Below, in pieces: positions 24,401-37,500 of a DNA stretch of 64,000 nt; within the stretch, counting starts at the first letter, position 1, and each line of letters begins with the position of its first letter. The notes beneath the pieces were generated by a model that saw only the letters and a list, made by a program, of their open reading frames with translations, did not search any database and was not told where the DNA came from. The translations under genes were made by a program, and so were the position numbers. The stretch is from Camelus ferus (taxonomy: Eukaryota), in assembly GCF_009834535.1 (NCBI RefSeq), contig NC_045697.1, positions 57,042,001 to 57,106,000 of the forward strand. Direction: 5' to 3'.

Positions 24401-27400
24401 ACTCAAAAATGGGAAAGACATAAACATACTACACTGAGGATATATAGTTTGCAAATAACATGAAAATATTTACATCATTCACCATTAGAGAAATACAAAT
24501 TAAAACTGTAATGAGATACCACTACACTCCTATCAGAGTTAAAATAAAGAATAATGACACTACAAAATCTTGGTAAGGATGCAAGGAGACTAGATCATTC
24601 AAGCATTGCTAATGGGATATCAAATAGCATTACCACTCTGGAAAACAGGCACATTTTTTTTAACCTAAACGTGAAACTATCATAAGACCCAGAAACTGCA
24701 CTCTTAAGTTTATTGCATAGAAATGTAAACTTATGTTCACATAAAAAAGCCTGTACAAAAATGTTCACAACCCCAAGATGGAACCAACACAGAGGCCCTT
24801 CAATGGGTAAATTATTAAAGGGTAGTACACTTATATACCATGGAATATTATTCAGCAATTAAAAAAAACTATTGATATAAACAAAGACTTGAACTTCGAG
24901 GGGTTTAACTGAGTTTAAAAAAGCCAATCCCAAAATGTTACATACTAAATTATTTTACTTATACATTATTTTTAAAAGATAACATTTTTAAAGAGGAGAA
25001 TATATTAGGGTGGTCAGGGTGTAGGGAAGTCTCAGGGGAAGGCAGATGAATGTGGGTCTAACAGACTTAACAGGTGAGACCATTGTGCTGATGACAGTAT
25101 ATCTTTCTGTGATAGTGGTAACTGAAAGTGGACTTGTGATAAAATTGTGGAGAACACATATACACATACATACACACACACTAATGAGTATAAGTAAAAC
25201 TAGGAAATTTGAATTTTTAAAGTTTACAAGATGAGCAGTAATGATTCTTAAGACAAGGAAATTCTTTGGAATCCTTTCTTTACACATCTCAGGTAATCTG
25301 CATTCTAAGCTTCTTAAATATGTGATCTTAGGTGTCTCCTTTTAGTACTAAGAATAAGCAGAAGTGAAGTTTAAAGCTCAATGTTTCCATTATATTTAAT
25401 TTGTGGTAAAGAAGTTTGTATTCCCCATGGTGCCTATTTTAAATATAGTGTATGAATATACAGCATTTACTAAGTGAATAAATGAATGAATTTCTGATGG
25501 CCTAAATGATACCACAAATTATGCATGATAATTTGTTTAATTGACTATAATGACTATTAGAATTTTCATTATTACAAATATATGCACCTTTAGTATTTAG
25601 TGTTTACTCTTTTTTTTACCCGCTAAGCAAAACTGTTCTGAAATGCATTCCTTTCATCAATCTTTTCTTATGATTTTTTGTATCTTGAAATACGTTAAAT
25701 TCCCATGTTATTAACATTTGGTATAACATCAATCATAATTTTCTTTATTAACAAAGACTGAATGCAATAGAAAATGAACTAATGGTGTGCAAATAACTAT
25801 GGTATTTGTCACATGTATTCTAAATACTGGCAAATAATTTATCTTCGTAGTACCAAAACAGGAGTGATAAATAAATTATAGGAACCAGAGTAATTACTTA
25901 TGTTATAATAATGTTCATTGTTAGAATAAAGAAAAACAGGAAAATGAATTTAACATGTTTGAAGTGATTTATTTGTATTAAAAAGGAGGATCTTTAACAA
26001 ATTGCTTGATAAAGCTAAGCCTAAACAATAATATATAAAGGATGCTTCATGTTAATTAACTAGCATTCAAATATCTCTCTGCTTCTGAAAGTAGTAACTC
26101 AACCAAAAATTTGCTGCAACTCAAATTGCAGAACTTGACCACTGGGTAAAAAATTTATTTACTTGTTTAGGAATTCCCAACAAGAAAAAATGCAAGGCTG
26201 TATTTGAAAACAACTGTGAGGAGAGCCCATTTGCCACTGTATTGAATTATTAGCTACTTGCCTGGAGAAACATTTGTTGAGATTCTTCTTAAATAAATGT
26301 TATGGAAAAAAAAATCAATTTGTTAAGCAAATAGATGTCTTAATTGTTGCAGCAGTGAAGTCTCTGCAGATTACTGCCTTTATTGTTATTCACGCGTGTT
26401 TCCAATCTTGCCAATAGATGACATCTCCACACTGGGAGATAAAATGATATCCCCATTTCTCCTTCACTCAATGTAATGGAAATGCAAGGAAAGAAGTGGC
26501 TAAATGACATGCAGCAGCCACAGAAGTAGAGAGCACACCAGTAGAAATTAACCTGAAGCAACAGTGATGAACACATAGTCACTATCAACTTCTCACATTT
26601 CTATTATTATTGTTTATTTTTTTAAATCACTCTTTTGAAGAATTTGTTTAATTTAGATTAGGGAAAAAAGTTGCAAAACAGAGTGAAATTTTATGAAGGA
26701 AAAATAAAATGGTATCTGACTGAGGTTAGACTTACTTTTTTGGTCTGCTGTTGCTCAACTCTTTCTTGAAAAAAACCTGAACCTCTGAGTAAGGAAGCTA
26801 AGATACTCTAGGTGCCAAGAAGGAATTCAATCTGACATACTGAAACTAAATTTATAATTATATAAATAATAAACTGAAAGAAAATGTGATATAGATGACA
26901 AAAGGTCAACTAATTAACAAATCTGTAACGTCATCAGGAAAAAACGACGTGTAAAAACATAGTCATGGAAGCATACAAAACTACACTCAACTTAGCTAAA
27001 GCAAAATCCCACACAAGTGTTTCCTTCTTTATCAATACGAAATTGTTACAAAACTTAATGACTCACACCTATCATTTTAAATTGACTTATACTCTAATTA
27101 CTTAGGCATAGAGGATACATGATTAAATTTTAGACATATGAATGGAACACATAGCTATGAATACTAAGTACACATTTGAATATACTTTTTTACAAATAAT
27201 TTATGGAACTTCAAAAATATACTGAGGTATCAAAAGCAGCTAGAGAAATCTGGTGTTACTACATAATTTGCCCATTGTTCATTTTTAAGTCACCCAAAGT
27301 GTATGGTATGATTAGGTAATTCTAAAATACTTCTATTTTCTCTACTTAATAAAAGTAACATATAAATGAACTGAATATTGTAAAAAGAACTATGAAAACA

Positions 27401-28314
27401 GAATTTGGAAATATAAGCATAAAATATCTAATTGTGAATTTAGATAATTTTACTTTATGGCTGAGGGGAGAAATTATTTTTAAATTAAAGCATAATATAG
27501 AACACAATATTTATTATCTAAAAATATCAAGTATTGGATTCTAATAGGGTAAATAAAAAATGGTATCTTGAGGTTTAAATTAGCTTCTAAACAATAGCAA
27601 GTCACTAAGGGATACTTGACCCATTGTTTTCTGCACTTGGGCAGTTTTTAAAGTCAGTCTACAACATCCATTATTTATTATTGTTGTTATTATTCATGAA
27701 CTTGGTGAGTAAATATACTCTATCCTCAACTTCTTCTTGGCTTTACAGGCATAAATACTTAAAGCATAAAATATTTAAACTTTAAGGCTGCCACAAGTCC
27801 ACAGTATAAAATAAACTACAAAATACTTTTCTTTCCCTGAACACCTAATTTTGTATGTTCACAAAAATGTACTGTTTATTTATCTTATCCATTTTTATTT
27901 ATAATCTCTTGACTTAGGAAAAAAATATATTAAAGAAGAATGATAAAAGGAATTCATATTAGAAATATTTAAAATATAAATCCATTTTATATTTACTTTT
28001 TAGGACAGAACAGTATATAGGTAAAGCTACGTAATATATTGAGCATCAGGGTAGCACTCAATGCTGTTAACTCATGCAGTGTACATACTATGAAATTATG
28101 CTTTTGGATAACTTTAATACTTCACAGAATAAAATGTGGGGTGACTATTTCCTGAAGAATATATCCATCTCTGCATTTTTAAATGACAACTTGATGAAAC
28201 ACACAAAACATGTTTATATATGTCTCTGTGAACTTCGTTCTGTCTCATTAAATTTTCAAATTTAGTGATTATGTCTTATTGTTTTTCCAAGCATACTTGT
28301 GTACTACAATTGAG

Positions 28315-28610
28315 CAGATGCTGTTGGTGCCCTATGTTCTCTTCATTCTCATTCCATATGAATCTCAAGCTCTTTAGGTAGACAACTTGAGGAGCAATGC
28401 TATAAGCTTCTCAAGAAGTCCTATAGGTATCAAGCATCCATGGATCACAGTCATCTTGAAAATGGAAACTTACACTAGCCTTTTCTTCGTAACTATTTCC
28501 CTAATCTCATTCTCTCAACCTGGTTTCCCGGAATTGCCTTCCAAATGAAAATCACTTGGAATCAAGTCCTTGTCTTATCAATCAATTATGTGGGAAACCC
28601 AAAAGAGAAT
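28315..28610 (+). mobile_element. Old ERVL LTR (LTR16-like), degraded
   Basis: The 3' part 'tttcccggaattgccttccaaatgaaaatcacttggaatcaagtccttgtctt...gggaaaccc' resembles the LTR16 end. Confidence 0.5.
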
Positions 28611-30399
28611 ACTTTTCTTGTCTCCTTAATAGAAACTAACAAATCAACAGATTAAGGCCTAGTTGAATACCATATAATCATTTGTTTTTACAACCAACAG
28701 GTTGTGCTCTGTCTTCATTTCCTGGATGTCTGCATAGCATTGGACAACTTTTTTTTTTTTTTTTTTAACATTGATGGCTTCTTTTTGTTTGCTTCCTTTT
28801 TCTACTTTTAACTGTTTTTATCTTGCTCATCTGTTACTGAAGTGCTTCTTCTTTACTGTTGATGCCTCAGCTTTCTACCTCTCCTGAAATTATTTTAAGG
28901 ATCTAATTTTATCCTGTAAATAATTATCAAAAATAGAGGAAGAAAAAAAGAGATAAATTTCCTAATTGGTCTCAATGTTTCCACATTGTCCCAATTTAAT
29001 TAGTCCCCACAGCAACCAAAGAAATTTATTTAAACTAAACATATACTTATGTTGATTTTCTGCTCAAAATACTCATATTTTCCACCATGCTGACTTATTG
29101 TACACTCTGTACACTCACAGACTATTATATTCCTTTTAGGTAGCATTTAGAATTAGTTTAAATTATGGAGATTTGGCCAACTATATGTTTAATGGTTTTC
29201 TTTCTTACTGTACTAAGAATTACATAAAAATAGTCTAAGCATGTTAACAATGAGACAATCATTAATAAAAAGGTAATTGTGGTTCCTGTATAAACCAGGC
29301 TAGGGTTTATAATTGTATACATTATAGCATCACTAGTCACAAATTGAGAACAGAAATTCAATAAATATTAGTTGAAAAAAATGAATAACTTGACAACGTA
29401 CCACTGTTATGGTTGCCCCAAGAAAGGAAGGAACAAACCTCAAAAGTTAATTCAGATTGAATGTCGGTACTAATGATGCCAACTTCACCAAGAAGGCATA
29501 AATGGACTTATCATTCACATAATAAAGCTTTCTGAGGAGAGGAGGTTGAAAATGGTTTGAGGGAGGCAGAGAGACTAGGCTAGACCTTTGTAGTGGCTGC
29601 AGTGTGAAGAGGAGAAAAGCTCCTTTGTACAAACTGGGTGTTTGTAGGTCTGAAATTCCCACTAGTGCCAAAGAAAGTTGCTCACCAGCTTTGCTAGCTA
29701 ACCAGATTGCAAAACAAGATAGAAAAGTGGCTTGAAAATTTTCCAAATGTGTATTACAAAATGAAGTCAGTTTCTTTACTAAATAACTTTTCCAACACTT
29801 TCTCACTTTAATGTAGGCAAATATTTCCCTTACATTAGAAGGAAAAAAAAATGTTTAGTGTGTTGAGGTAAAAAAACTTATCTTTAGTTACACTGTGAAT
29901 AGTTAGGTTTTCAGGCATGAATTCAGGCCTTATAACTCTATAACTGGTTGTTAACAGCAGTGCTATGCTGATAAGCAAATGAGATGGCATTCTATTGATC
30001 TTTACAGTAAGTTAAATATATCTACTTTACTTTTCAGAAGACTTTTAAAGGGTGGAAACAAAGTTGGTGAGAACATTAGGATAATGGAGAAGACATAAAT
30101 TAAAGTTGCAAATCAATCTCAAAAGGAAAACTGGATATCAGAGAAATGATGCCAAATACATTGAAGACAGTGTATTCTGTTTAAGGAAGCAGTTTTTTGT
30201 TTAAAAAAGAGTTAATAAGGCTTCTCTTTAATTCAATGTATTAAACAAATGCACTTACTGCTTCTTATCGGAACCCCATCAACACAACACACTAAAAAAA
30301 GGAGTATTAAAATGCATATATCCGCAAGGTCAAAGATTAGAAAACAGTATATAAAATAACAAAATTTTGGAATCTGGAAAGGATATTATCTAACATATC

Positions 30400-31295
30400 A
30401 CAGAAAATTGAAACTTATTCTGCAGAGAGAAATCATGAAGCCAGCAAATTCTCCCTGCAGAGCCTCCAAAAGCTCAGGAGTTGGAGGCACTGAGCTTCTC
30501 CCAGGTGGTTTCTTTGGGCTGACAAAAAGGACTGGCATAAAATCTGAGTAAGGATTTGTTTGTCTCACCTCCTTCCCCTCTCCGAACGCCATTTGCCCAG
30601 AGGGTTTGACAAGTCATCTCCCCAAACTTACACTGCCTGACTTACATGACTTTGTCACAACTTTCTGGAATTATTCGGAGTTTCTGGATTCTAAGCAAAT
30701 GTAGATGGAGATGCTACTTAAAAAGAGAGATTGAAAGAAACTATATACCAAACACTAATCTAGGTAGTCTTTGGAAAACAGAAGTAGCCAGGCTTTTACC
30801 ATCTAGAAATGAATTTGAGAGATTCCTCTCTGCTCTCAGATGAAGTAACAGGTACAAGAGAAAAGACACCCAGATTCTAATACCTGGCAATCCACATCAT
30901 CCTTATAGTGAGGCCCACACCTTGATAACCATATTCTATGCCCATAAAGATTCCAATCACCTTTTTATTCTCTTAACTCAAAGAAATTCAGACCTCAGAC
31001 ATGTAACCACACATGTGAAGAATGCTTTTGATTAAAAATTGAAAAAAAATTTCAAAAAAACTTTAAAAGTCAAGATATAAACAATTCAGGGAGAATAAAA
31101 AAGTCAAATTTCAAAAACACAGTATTCATTCATAAAAAGATCAGACAGAATTTTACATTCATGAAATAATAATAGAGCAAACACAAAATAAAAGCAATTT
31201 CATAAAAACACCATAAAGCTTTAAAATATAAGAAAAATTTTAAATAATAAAAGGGTTGAAGGATTCAATTGAGGAGAACTAACAGAACTAACTAT
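30400..31295 (+). mobile_element. Ancient L1/HAL1-like 5'/ORF1 remnant
   Basis: A-rich, ORF1-like decayed sequence ('aaagggttgaaggattcaattgaggag'). The match is weak. Confidence 0.35.
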
Positions 31296-32136
31296 AAATG
31301 TATAGAACTTCTGGTTCCACATGTAAGAAATTTGGAAATCACCAATCCTTTATAACAAGTAGAAAGCTAAACAGACTGAAAAAGCAATAACACTTCTTAA
31401 ATCCATAAGAGAGGGGAGGACACAGGGTATACTGCTACCTCCCAAGACCAAAGAGACAGACAAGTGAATACAGTCTTGGCTTACCTGAGTAGAGACTTAA
31501 AAGCAGAAAACACGAAGTGAACCAGTGCTGGGGTAGGAAAACTTGAAGTGTAGCTGATGAATTGCTGGAGGATTTTTTTCAAAGTCAACTTTGAGAGTTA
31601 AAGACTCCAGGGGGACCCACTTGTAAGAAAGCCTCCACAATATTATGATTTTATCTCCAGGAGCTAGACCAGTTTCCCACAGTAAACATCTCTCGACAAA
31701 TTCCTCCAGCTTCCTGCAGGCAGAAAGGAAAAGAAACCACTCTGAATTACACCAGAGCTCTCTGTTCTTCTTAATGAGGCCTGCCTACCCTCAGGGGAAA
31801 CTAGTTAACTAGATCCTAACCTGGGGGCAATTATCAGAGCCTAATTGACCTGGGAAGGGAAGTAAGCAATTCCAGCTGGCTCTAGCCAACCTGCCTCGTG
31901 TAAGAAGGCATTAAAAATAAAATCACTAGTGAAGCGCACAGGCCACAGGCATAGATTATTAAAAAAAATGGGGCCTAACCATAGCACTGCAGAACACTTC
32001 ACCTCCCCACACACCTCACCACTACATTAGTGAAGACCTGTTTACAGCAGTTTTGTTGTTGTTTTGGTGTGTTTTTTTAACCCAATATACCATGTTAGCT
32101 ATCAAGTAAAAATTACAAAGCATGCTAAAAGGCCAT

Positions 32137-32481
32137 TGTCAGCCGAGGGAGGCTTAAGAGGGATTCGAGGAGGTAAGCTGCCAAACCGGAAGAAGGCGCG
32201 AGGCGCCGACATAATGCGCGAGGAGCTGACATAGAGCAAAACAGCACTTTATTGCAGTACAAGCGGGTGGTGTAGGCAGGTGTATGCATTTGTCCTTTTA
32301 TAATGCCCGCGCATGCGTATTGTTCATACTGCTGACTCATGCTATGGGCGCATGCGTATTGTTCATAATGCGGACTCATACTATTAGCGCATGCGTACAT
32401 TTACCTCTTACCTCATACACATGCAAGTTATCCTGAACTTTGCCCTGGGTCCCACAGCCTACTCACTTAAGATTGCCGACA
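32137..32481 (-). mobile_element. Young CpG-rich solo LTR, 345 bp, 5-bp TSD, family unassigned
   Basis: TGTCAGC...GCCGACA termini, perfect TSD gccat (32132-32136 / 32482-32486), minus-strand TATAAAA (32296-32302) and AATAAA (32248-32253). About 19 CpGs by hand count. The paralogous L1 at ~3080-3110 shows the empty site. Confidence 0.9.
32309..32397. promoter_or_regulatory. 39-bp tandem module in the LTR U3 with NRF1-like, SOX-like and ARE/MARE motifs
   Basis: GCGCATGCGTA at 32309, 32348 and 32387. The first two run into ATTGTT (AACAAT on minus). TGCTGACTCAT lies at 32330-32340. Confidence 0.6.
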
Positions 32482-32687
32482 GCCATAAAAACACAATTTG
32501 AAAAGACACAATGCATCAGAACCAGAAATAAATGACAACAATGCTACAAGGGATGGAGGGGAGGAACAGGACTATTTGGCTTTAATAAGGTATTCACAGT
32601 ACTTTAAAGTGGTATAGTGTTATTTGAAAGTGGGCATGGATTAGTTGTGAATGTATATTATAAACTAATATACCAACCAAAAAGAGG

Positions 32688-32688
<1 letters not shown>

Positions 32689-32734
<46 letters not shown>
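32689..32734. repeat. (TA)23 microsatellite
   Basis: Read directly from the sequence. Confidence 0.97.
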
Positions 32735-32738
<4 letters not shown>

Positions 32739-33059
32739 TTTCTAGGAGGGGAAAGAAAATAAAGTCATATAAAATACTCAGAACTACAAAAGGCATAAAA
32801 ATAGTAGAGGACAAAAATAGGAATGAAGAACAAGGGCAACAAACAGAAAACTAGTAGATACGATAGATAAGAATCCAAATATATCAATAGTCACTTTGAA
32901 TGACAATGGTCTAAATGCACCAATTAAAAGACAGAGATTGTCAGAATGGATCAAAAAAACATGACCGAACTATATATTGTCTAAAAGAAACCCATGTTAA
33001 ATAAATAGACATATGTAGATTAAAAGTAAATGGATGGATTATGTGTTATTTTACAATTG

Positions 33060-34525
33060 TTTTCTGAGTTCCTAATGTTAGGCAGTTAGATAGAAATGAC
33101 CACCAGGCAAGGAAAGAATGGGATGGAACAACCCACAAAATAACAGTAAGGCTGCATTCTGAATAAGGGACTCTAAAATTTTTTACTTTCTCTAAATGAG
33201 GGCCAGCAAAGAAGCCGGCTAAAATCGAATGCTACGGCTATGGAGTAGAGAGAAGGACTTGGCTTAACTTGACCCAATGCTTATTATAATGTAATTAACA
33301 TTGCAGTTTGAGCCCCCTCCCATAGGTTTCTCTGTGTGCATCATGGGTAAGAACATGTGCAAAAGAGATGGGCATGCCTCAGTACAAGGAATGTGAGCTG
33401 CCAGTCAGCCTGAGCACTCAGAGAACCCTAAGCAGTGAATTAATAAACCAATCATGAAAACACCCCTAAGCCAGGATATAAGAACAGGAAAAACAAAGGA
33501 GCGGCACCATTTTCCCTCTCTTGGGTTGGTCCGCCCCCAACTATAGTGCCGCCGGGTACTATATCTTACTACCTTTCTACTTTACTAATAAAATTCTCTG
33601 TTTATATCACACTTCCTGTCTCTTGTTAAAAGTTCATTGTTTTTAGGTGACAAAGAACCAAGGTATCTTTTTTTTCCCCCTCCTCCCAGTAACACTTACA
33701 TAGCAAAAAGCAAATGATGTGATTAAAAAATGGGCAGAAGACTTGAATACATACTTCTCCAAAGAAGATATACAGATGACCAACAGGAATTTGAAAAAAA
33801 CTCAACATTATTAATCTGGAAAAACTATGAAAAAGTATGGCATCTCCTTGTAATCTAGCATTCCTACTTCAGGCTATTTCTCCTAAGGAATTTAAATCAC
33901 AATTTCAAAGCTATATCTGTATTTCCATGTTAATTGCAGGATTATTCAAAATAGCCAAGATGTGCAAATAACCTAAGTGTCCACTGAAAGATGAATGAAA
34001 AAAGAAAATATATATATATATGGTATATTATTCAGCCATAAAAAGAATGAAATCCTTCCATTTGTGACAACATGAACAGACCATGAGAGCATTATGCTAA
34101 TCCAAAGACAAATATTATTTGATCCCACTTATATAAAATCTAATAAAGCCTAACTCATAAAAACATAGAGTAGAATGGTGGTTGCCAGGGGCTGAGATGT
34201 GGGGGAAATGGGAAGGTGCAGGCCAAAGGGTAAAATCTTTCAATTATAAAATTAATAAGTTCCAGGTAATATGTACATAATGGGAATGTTAGTTGACAAT
34301 ACTGTATCAGGATACTTGAAATTTGCAAAGAGATTAGATATTAAACATTCTCACTGCAAAAAAAAAAAAAAAAAGAATAAGTAATTACATGAGATGATGG
34401 ACATGTTAACCAACCTTATTCTGGCAATCATTTTGCAGTTTATACATGTATAAAATCATCACATTGTACACCTTAAATTTATATAATGTAATATATCCAA
34501 TTATACCTCAATAAAGCTAGAGGAA
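33060..34525 (+). mobile_element. L1MA8/9-like 3' fragment nested in the L1MC copy, itself split by an LTR
   Basis: 'aaaaaatgggcagaagacttgaatacatacttctccaaagaagatatacagatg', 'ttattcagccataaaaagaatgaaatcc', 3' end 'ttatacctcaataaagct'. The 5' boundary is approximate. Confidence 0.85.
33076..33694 (+). mobile_element. Solo LTR, ERV1-like, 619 bp
   Basis: TGTTA...TAACA termini, 4-bp flanks ctaa/ctta (1 mismatch), CCAAT at ~33448, TATA-like 'gatataag' at ~33475, AATAAA at 33587-33592. The start 'tgttaggcagttagatag' resembles ERV1 LTRs. Confidence 0.8.
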
Positions 34526-37500
34526 ACACACAATACTGATGGAGATAATTATAACATGCTAACACTAATTTCAAAAAGCCAAAGTAGGTATCTTGATTTA
34601 GACAAAGCAAACTCAATGTGGGTACTCAGTAAAAATTTGTTTATTTAAGTAAATTTAGTTTAAAACGTCATGTTTACTCTTAATAATTTTCCTTATACTT
34701 TTCTTAGTGTATTCCTTAAAATATTGATAAGTGACTTAACTGAAATATTTATGGTTTCAATAAACTTACAAATGATTTTGTTCCACATATTTACAAAATT
34801 TTGAGAATTAACTCTTAGGCTCCTGAGAAACTTCCACTTTCAAGAGCTTCCTTGAGGATTCATAAGTCAAATCTAAATAAAAACATTGACTGAAACCTTG
34901 AAGGCAAGGTGTGAAAGGCAAGCTTGGTTTAAAATAAGACACCATCTATGACAGCACCTCTAGAAACTTTCCCTCATGAGATTATTCACTACAAGGAAAT
35001 AGCTGGGAATAAACAAGGTGAAATGCCTACTGTGGTTAAAATTATAGTCTTTAAATAATAATTACTGTATTGCATTCCCTTGCCTAGACTAACCTTTGAG
35101 TTTTTTAAATGTTGTCTAAATTATAAGAGGTAGTGATAACTAAAGCAAATAAATGTGTTCTTATACTTAGAAATTATTTATTTTAATATTGTAATTTTTC
35201 TGGAGTTTTGCAGGAACTCAATTATTACATTTGCATGCATGGTGAGAAGCAAAACGATATTAAAATAAAATCAAAAACTCTGGAAGTGACAGTAATTCAT
35301 GTCCTTGAACTAATGACTTTATTTTTGTTCCAGGTAGAAATTATTGTAAAGATGCATACTTATAAGCCAGTTTAATGGCTTAATGGCATAAAATAGAGCA
35401 GGGCACTCATACTGAGACCAATCGAAATTAAAAAATAGTATTTTTAAAAAATAACTTTGCTGCTTACAAAAATGCTATTTAAAGATGATTTGTATCTTAC
35501 AGCTTTTCTGTATGAATTCTGCTATAATCAAGAAAATAGCACCGTAGGTACATCAAGCAAGAAGAAACTTAACAAAGAAATTTAGAAACAGGACTCTTAC
35601 AAAACCATTGGAAAAGTGGAAGAAGCAAAAGTCAATGAAATCTGCCAGGATATCAGAAATGTTTAGTCATCATAGGAAGTAGACATCAATTCTCTCAGAT
35701 CCCTGCAACAATGGGAGCATCTTGATAGAAGGTGTCCACAAGGTGACTGTACAGCTTTACTTCTGTCAGGTGTCTTGGCCCATGCACTTGCCTGCCATAG
35801 CTACATAAGTAAGAATTGCATTTACTTCTCTTCTCCCCTCCAAAGCTTTTGTTAATGCCTCTCACTGGTGAAATATAATCTGAAATTCTGCTGATCTTTT
35901 CAGAGAGGCTGAACCATAACTTAAAGGTAAATAATTATAGATCTTATGTCTAATACTAATTAAAGAACCCAATGTTTGAGTTCTTGAGGTAAATTTGAAG
36001 ATTCTCTCTCCTGGGATATTCCTACATATTCTGGCACTGGTTTGTACCAACGAGTCTCTATTTTTGCATGGATAGTGGTAGTAGAGTTAGAGATACAAGG
36101 TTATTTTAGTTTTTTTATATTTTTAAAAGAGAAAGGTTGATATAGCATATATCTATTATACTTAAATGCTATCTATGTTTGTCTATTTAATTTTGCTATT
36201 ATCATCAGGTGCCTCAAATCATATATGAAAATAAGCAAGGTACAGGAATAGACATATGCACGTGTTTATGAATGTATAGATGTGCATGCCTTGTGTATAT
36301 GCATATGCATTGTGTGTATATGCACAAATGACTTAAAATATAAAAAAAAATGTCTATTCTAGTGCTTTTTAGTCTATCCAAATACAGACCTTTTCAAAGC
36401 ATATTTTAATATCCATATTCAAGACTGTGTATGTGTCCATGTAACTTAGAGACAGATAGTTTTATTCAGATTAAAAGTAAAAATCACAAACTTTGCAATT
36501 ATATCTGAGGATATGTATATAAAATTTTTATTCCTTGGAGGGCATACCTTGAAAATAATAGCTTCCTTAATGTTTGTTATTTGGTTAAAGTGTGTAAGTT
36601 TCCCTGTGCTGTGGATAACTTGTAATCATTTAATGAAATAATTATATATTTTGGCAGTTCTAAATTTATTCAAAACAATATATTCATTAATTTGAGCACA
36701 GACTGACTTTCTGTGACTTTAACTGGAGTACTTATATCTCATCTTAGACATCCTTTTTTCTGTACCTGGGGACAAGACATAGTCCAGCTTTTGAAGAAAA
36801 TTTGATATTTTAGAATATCTGGTTGGTTTTAACTTCTCTGAAAAACTTGCCTAGCAGTGGTATCCACTTGAATTAATGAAGCATTATGGTAGTTTATGGT
36901 ATACAGGCTGAACTCATTTGAGTTCTGGATAATTAACAGCTTTGCTCCAATAGAATTGATTCCTATAGTTAAAGTACTTCAAGCGATCAAGTTACTTTAG
37001 TCCTAGGGAGAAGTCACCTTGATTCAAATTAACCAAAATAATTTTTCAAAGTCCTGGTAAAATGTGAAAGTTATTTTAACAAGCTTGAGACATCTCTGCT
37101 CTTCATGGAGTATATGTAGCCCTTAAAAATCTCTGAATCAGGCTAAAGAAACCCTCACTGGGATAAGAAAAATGTTAAAAGACACCAAGGAATGAAGAAG
37201 CATTTTACTAGGTCATAGTCAACTCTTACATTTCAGATTTCCACTCTTAATAGCCAGGACTAGAACTCTTTTAAGAGTTGGTTGAGATTGAAAAAATGAA
37301 AAAACAAAAACAAAAACCCAAGAAATAGAAAAGAATGGGAATAAAAAGAAAACAACAACAAAGATGAAGAATAAGCTAAATATAATCTAAATCTTTGCAG
37401 ATACTTGTATAATTAGAATTTATTTGCTCTGAATAATATCAAAGAATTACTCCCTTTGATCAGACCATTCTTCTCAGTGAAATTTTTACTTTGTTGAAAG

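Larger units (their letters stand above)
20520..25240 (+). mobile_element. Old L1 (L1MC2/3-like) ORF2 and 3' UTR, interrupted by a young L1
   Basis: Continuous decayed ORF2 ('caactcattatatgaggtcagcattaccctgatactgaaaccag', 'ccattagagaaatacaaattaaaactgtaatgagataccactacac'). The 3' UTR includes 'gataaaattgtggagaacacata...atgagtataagtaaaactaggaaatttg'. Confidence 0.85.
31307..34615 (+). mobile_element. Second L1MC/L1M4-type copy (5' UTR, ORF1 deleted, ORF2 start) hosting nested insertions
   Basis: The start 'cttctggttccacatgtaag' parallels 'ttctagttctacatgtaag' at 2205. It is colinear with 2205-3130, then jumps to the equivalent of ~4345. The ORF2 start stops at ~33038 and resumes at ~34538. Confidence 0.85.

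Noticed and set aside
29447..29806. 119-aa minus-strand ORF
   Set aside because: It has a non-ATG start, no recognisable homology and no splice context.
32125..32400. 91-aa ORF with YEQYACA repeats
   Set aside because: It is a translation of the 39-bp U3 tandem inside a solo LTR, with no evidence of coding function.
32137..32481. Possible CpG island or host gene promoter
   Set aside because: The CpG-rich stretch is bounded exactly by LTR termini and a TSD, so it is an insertion.
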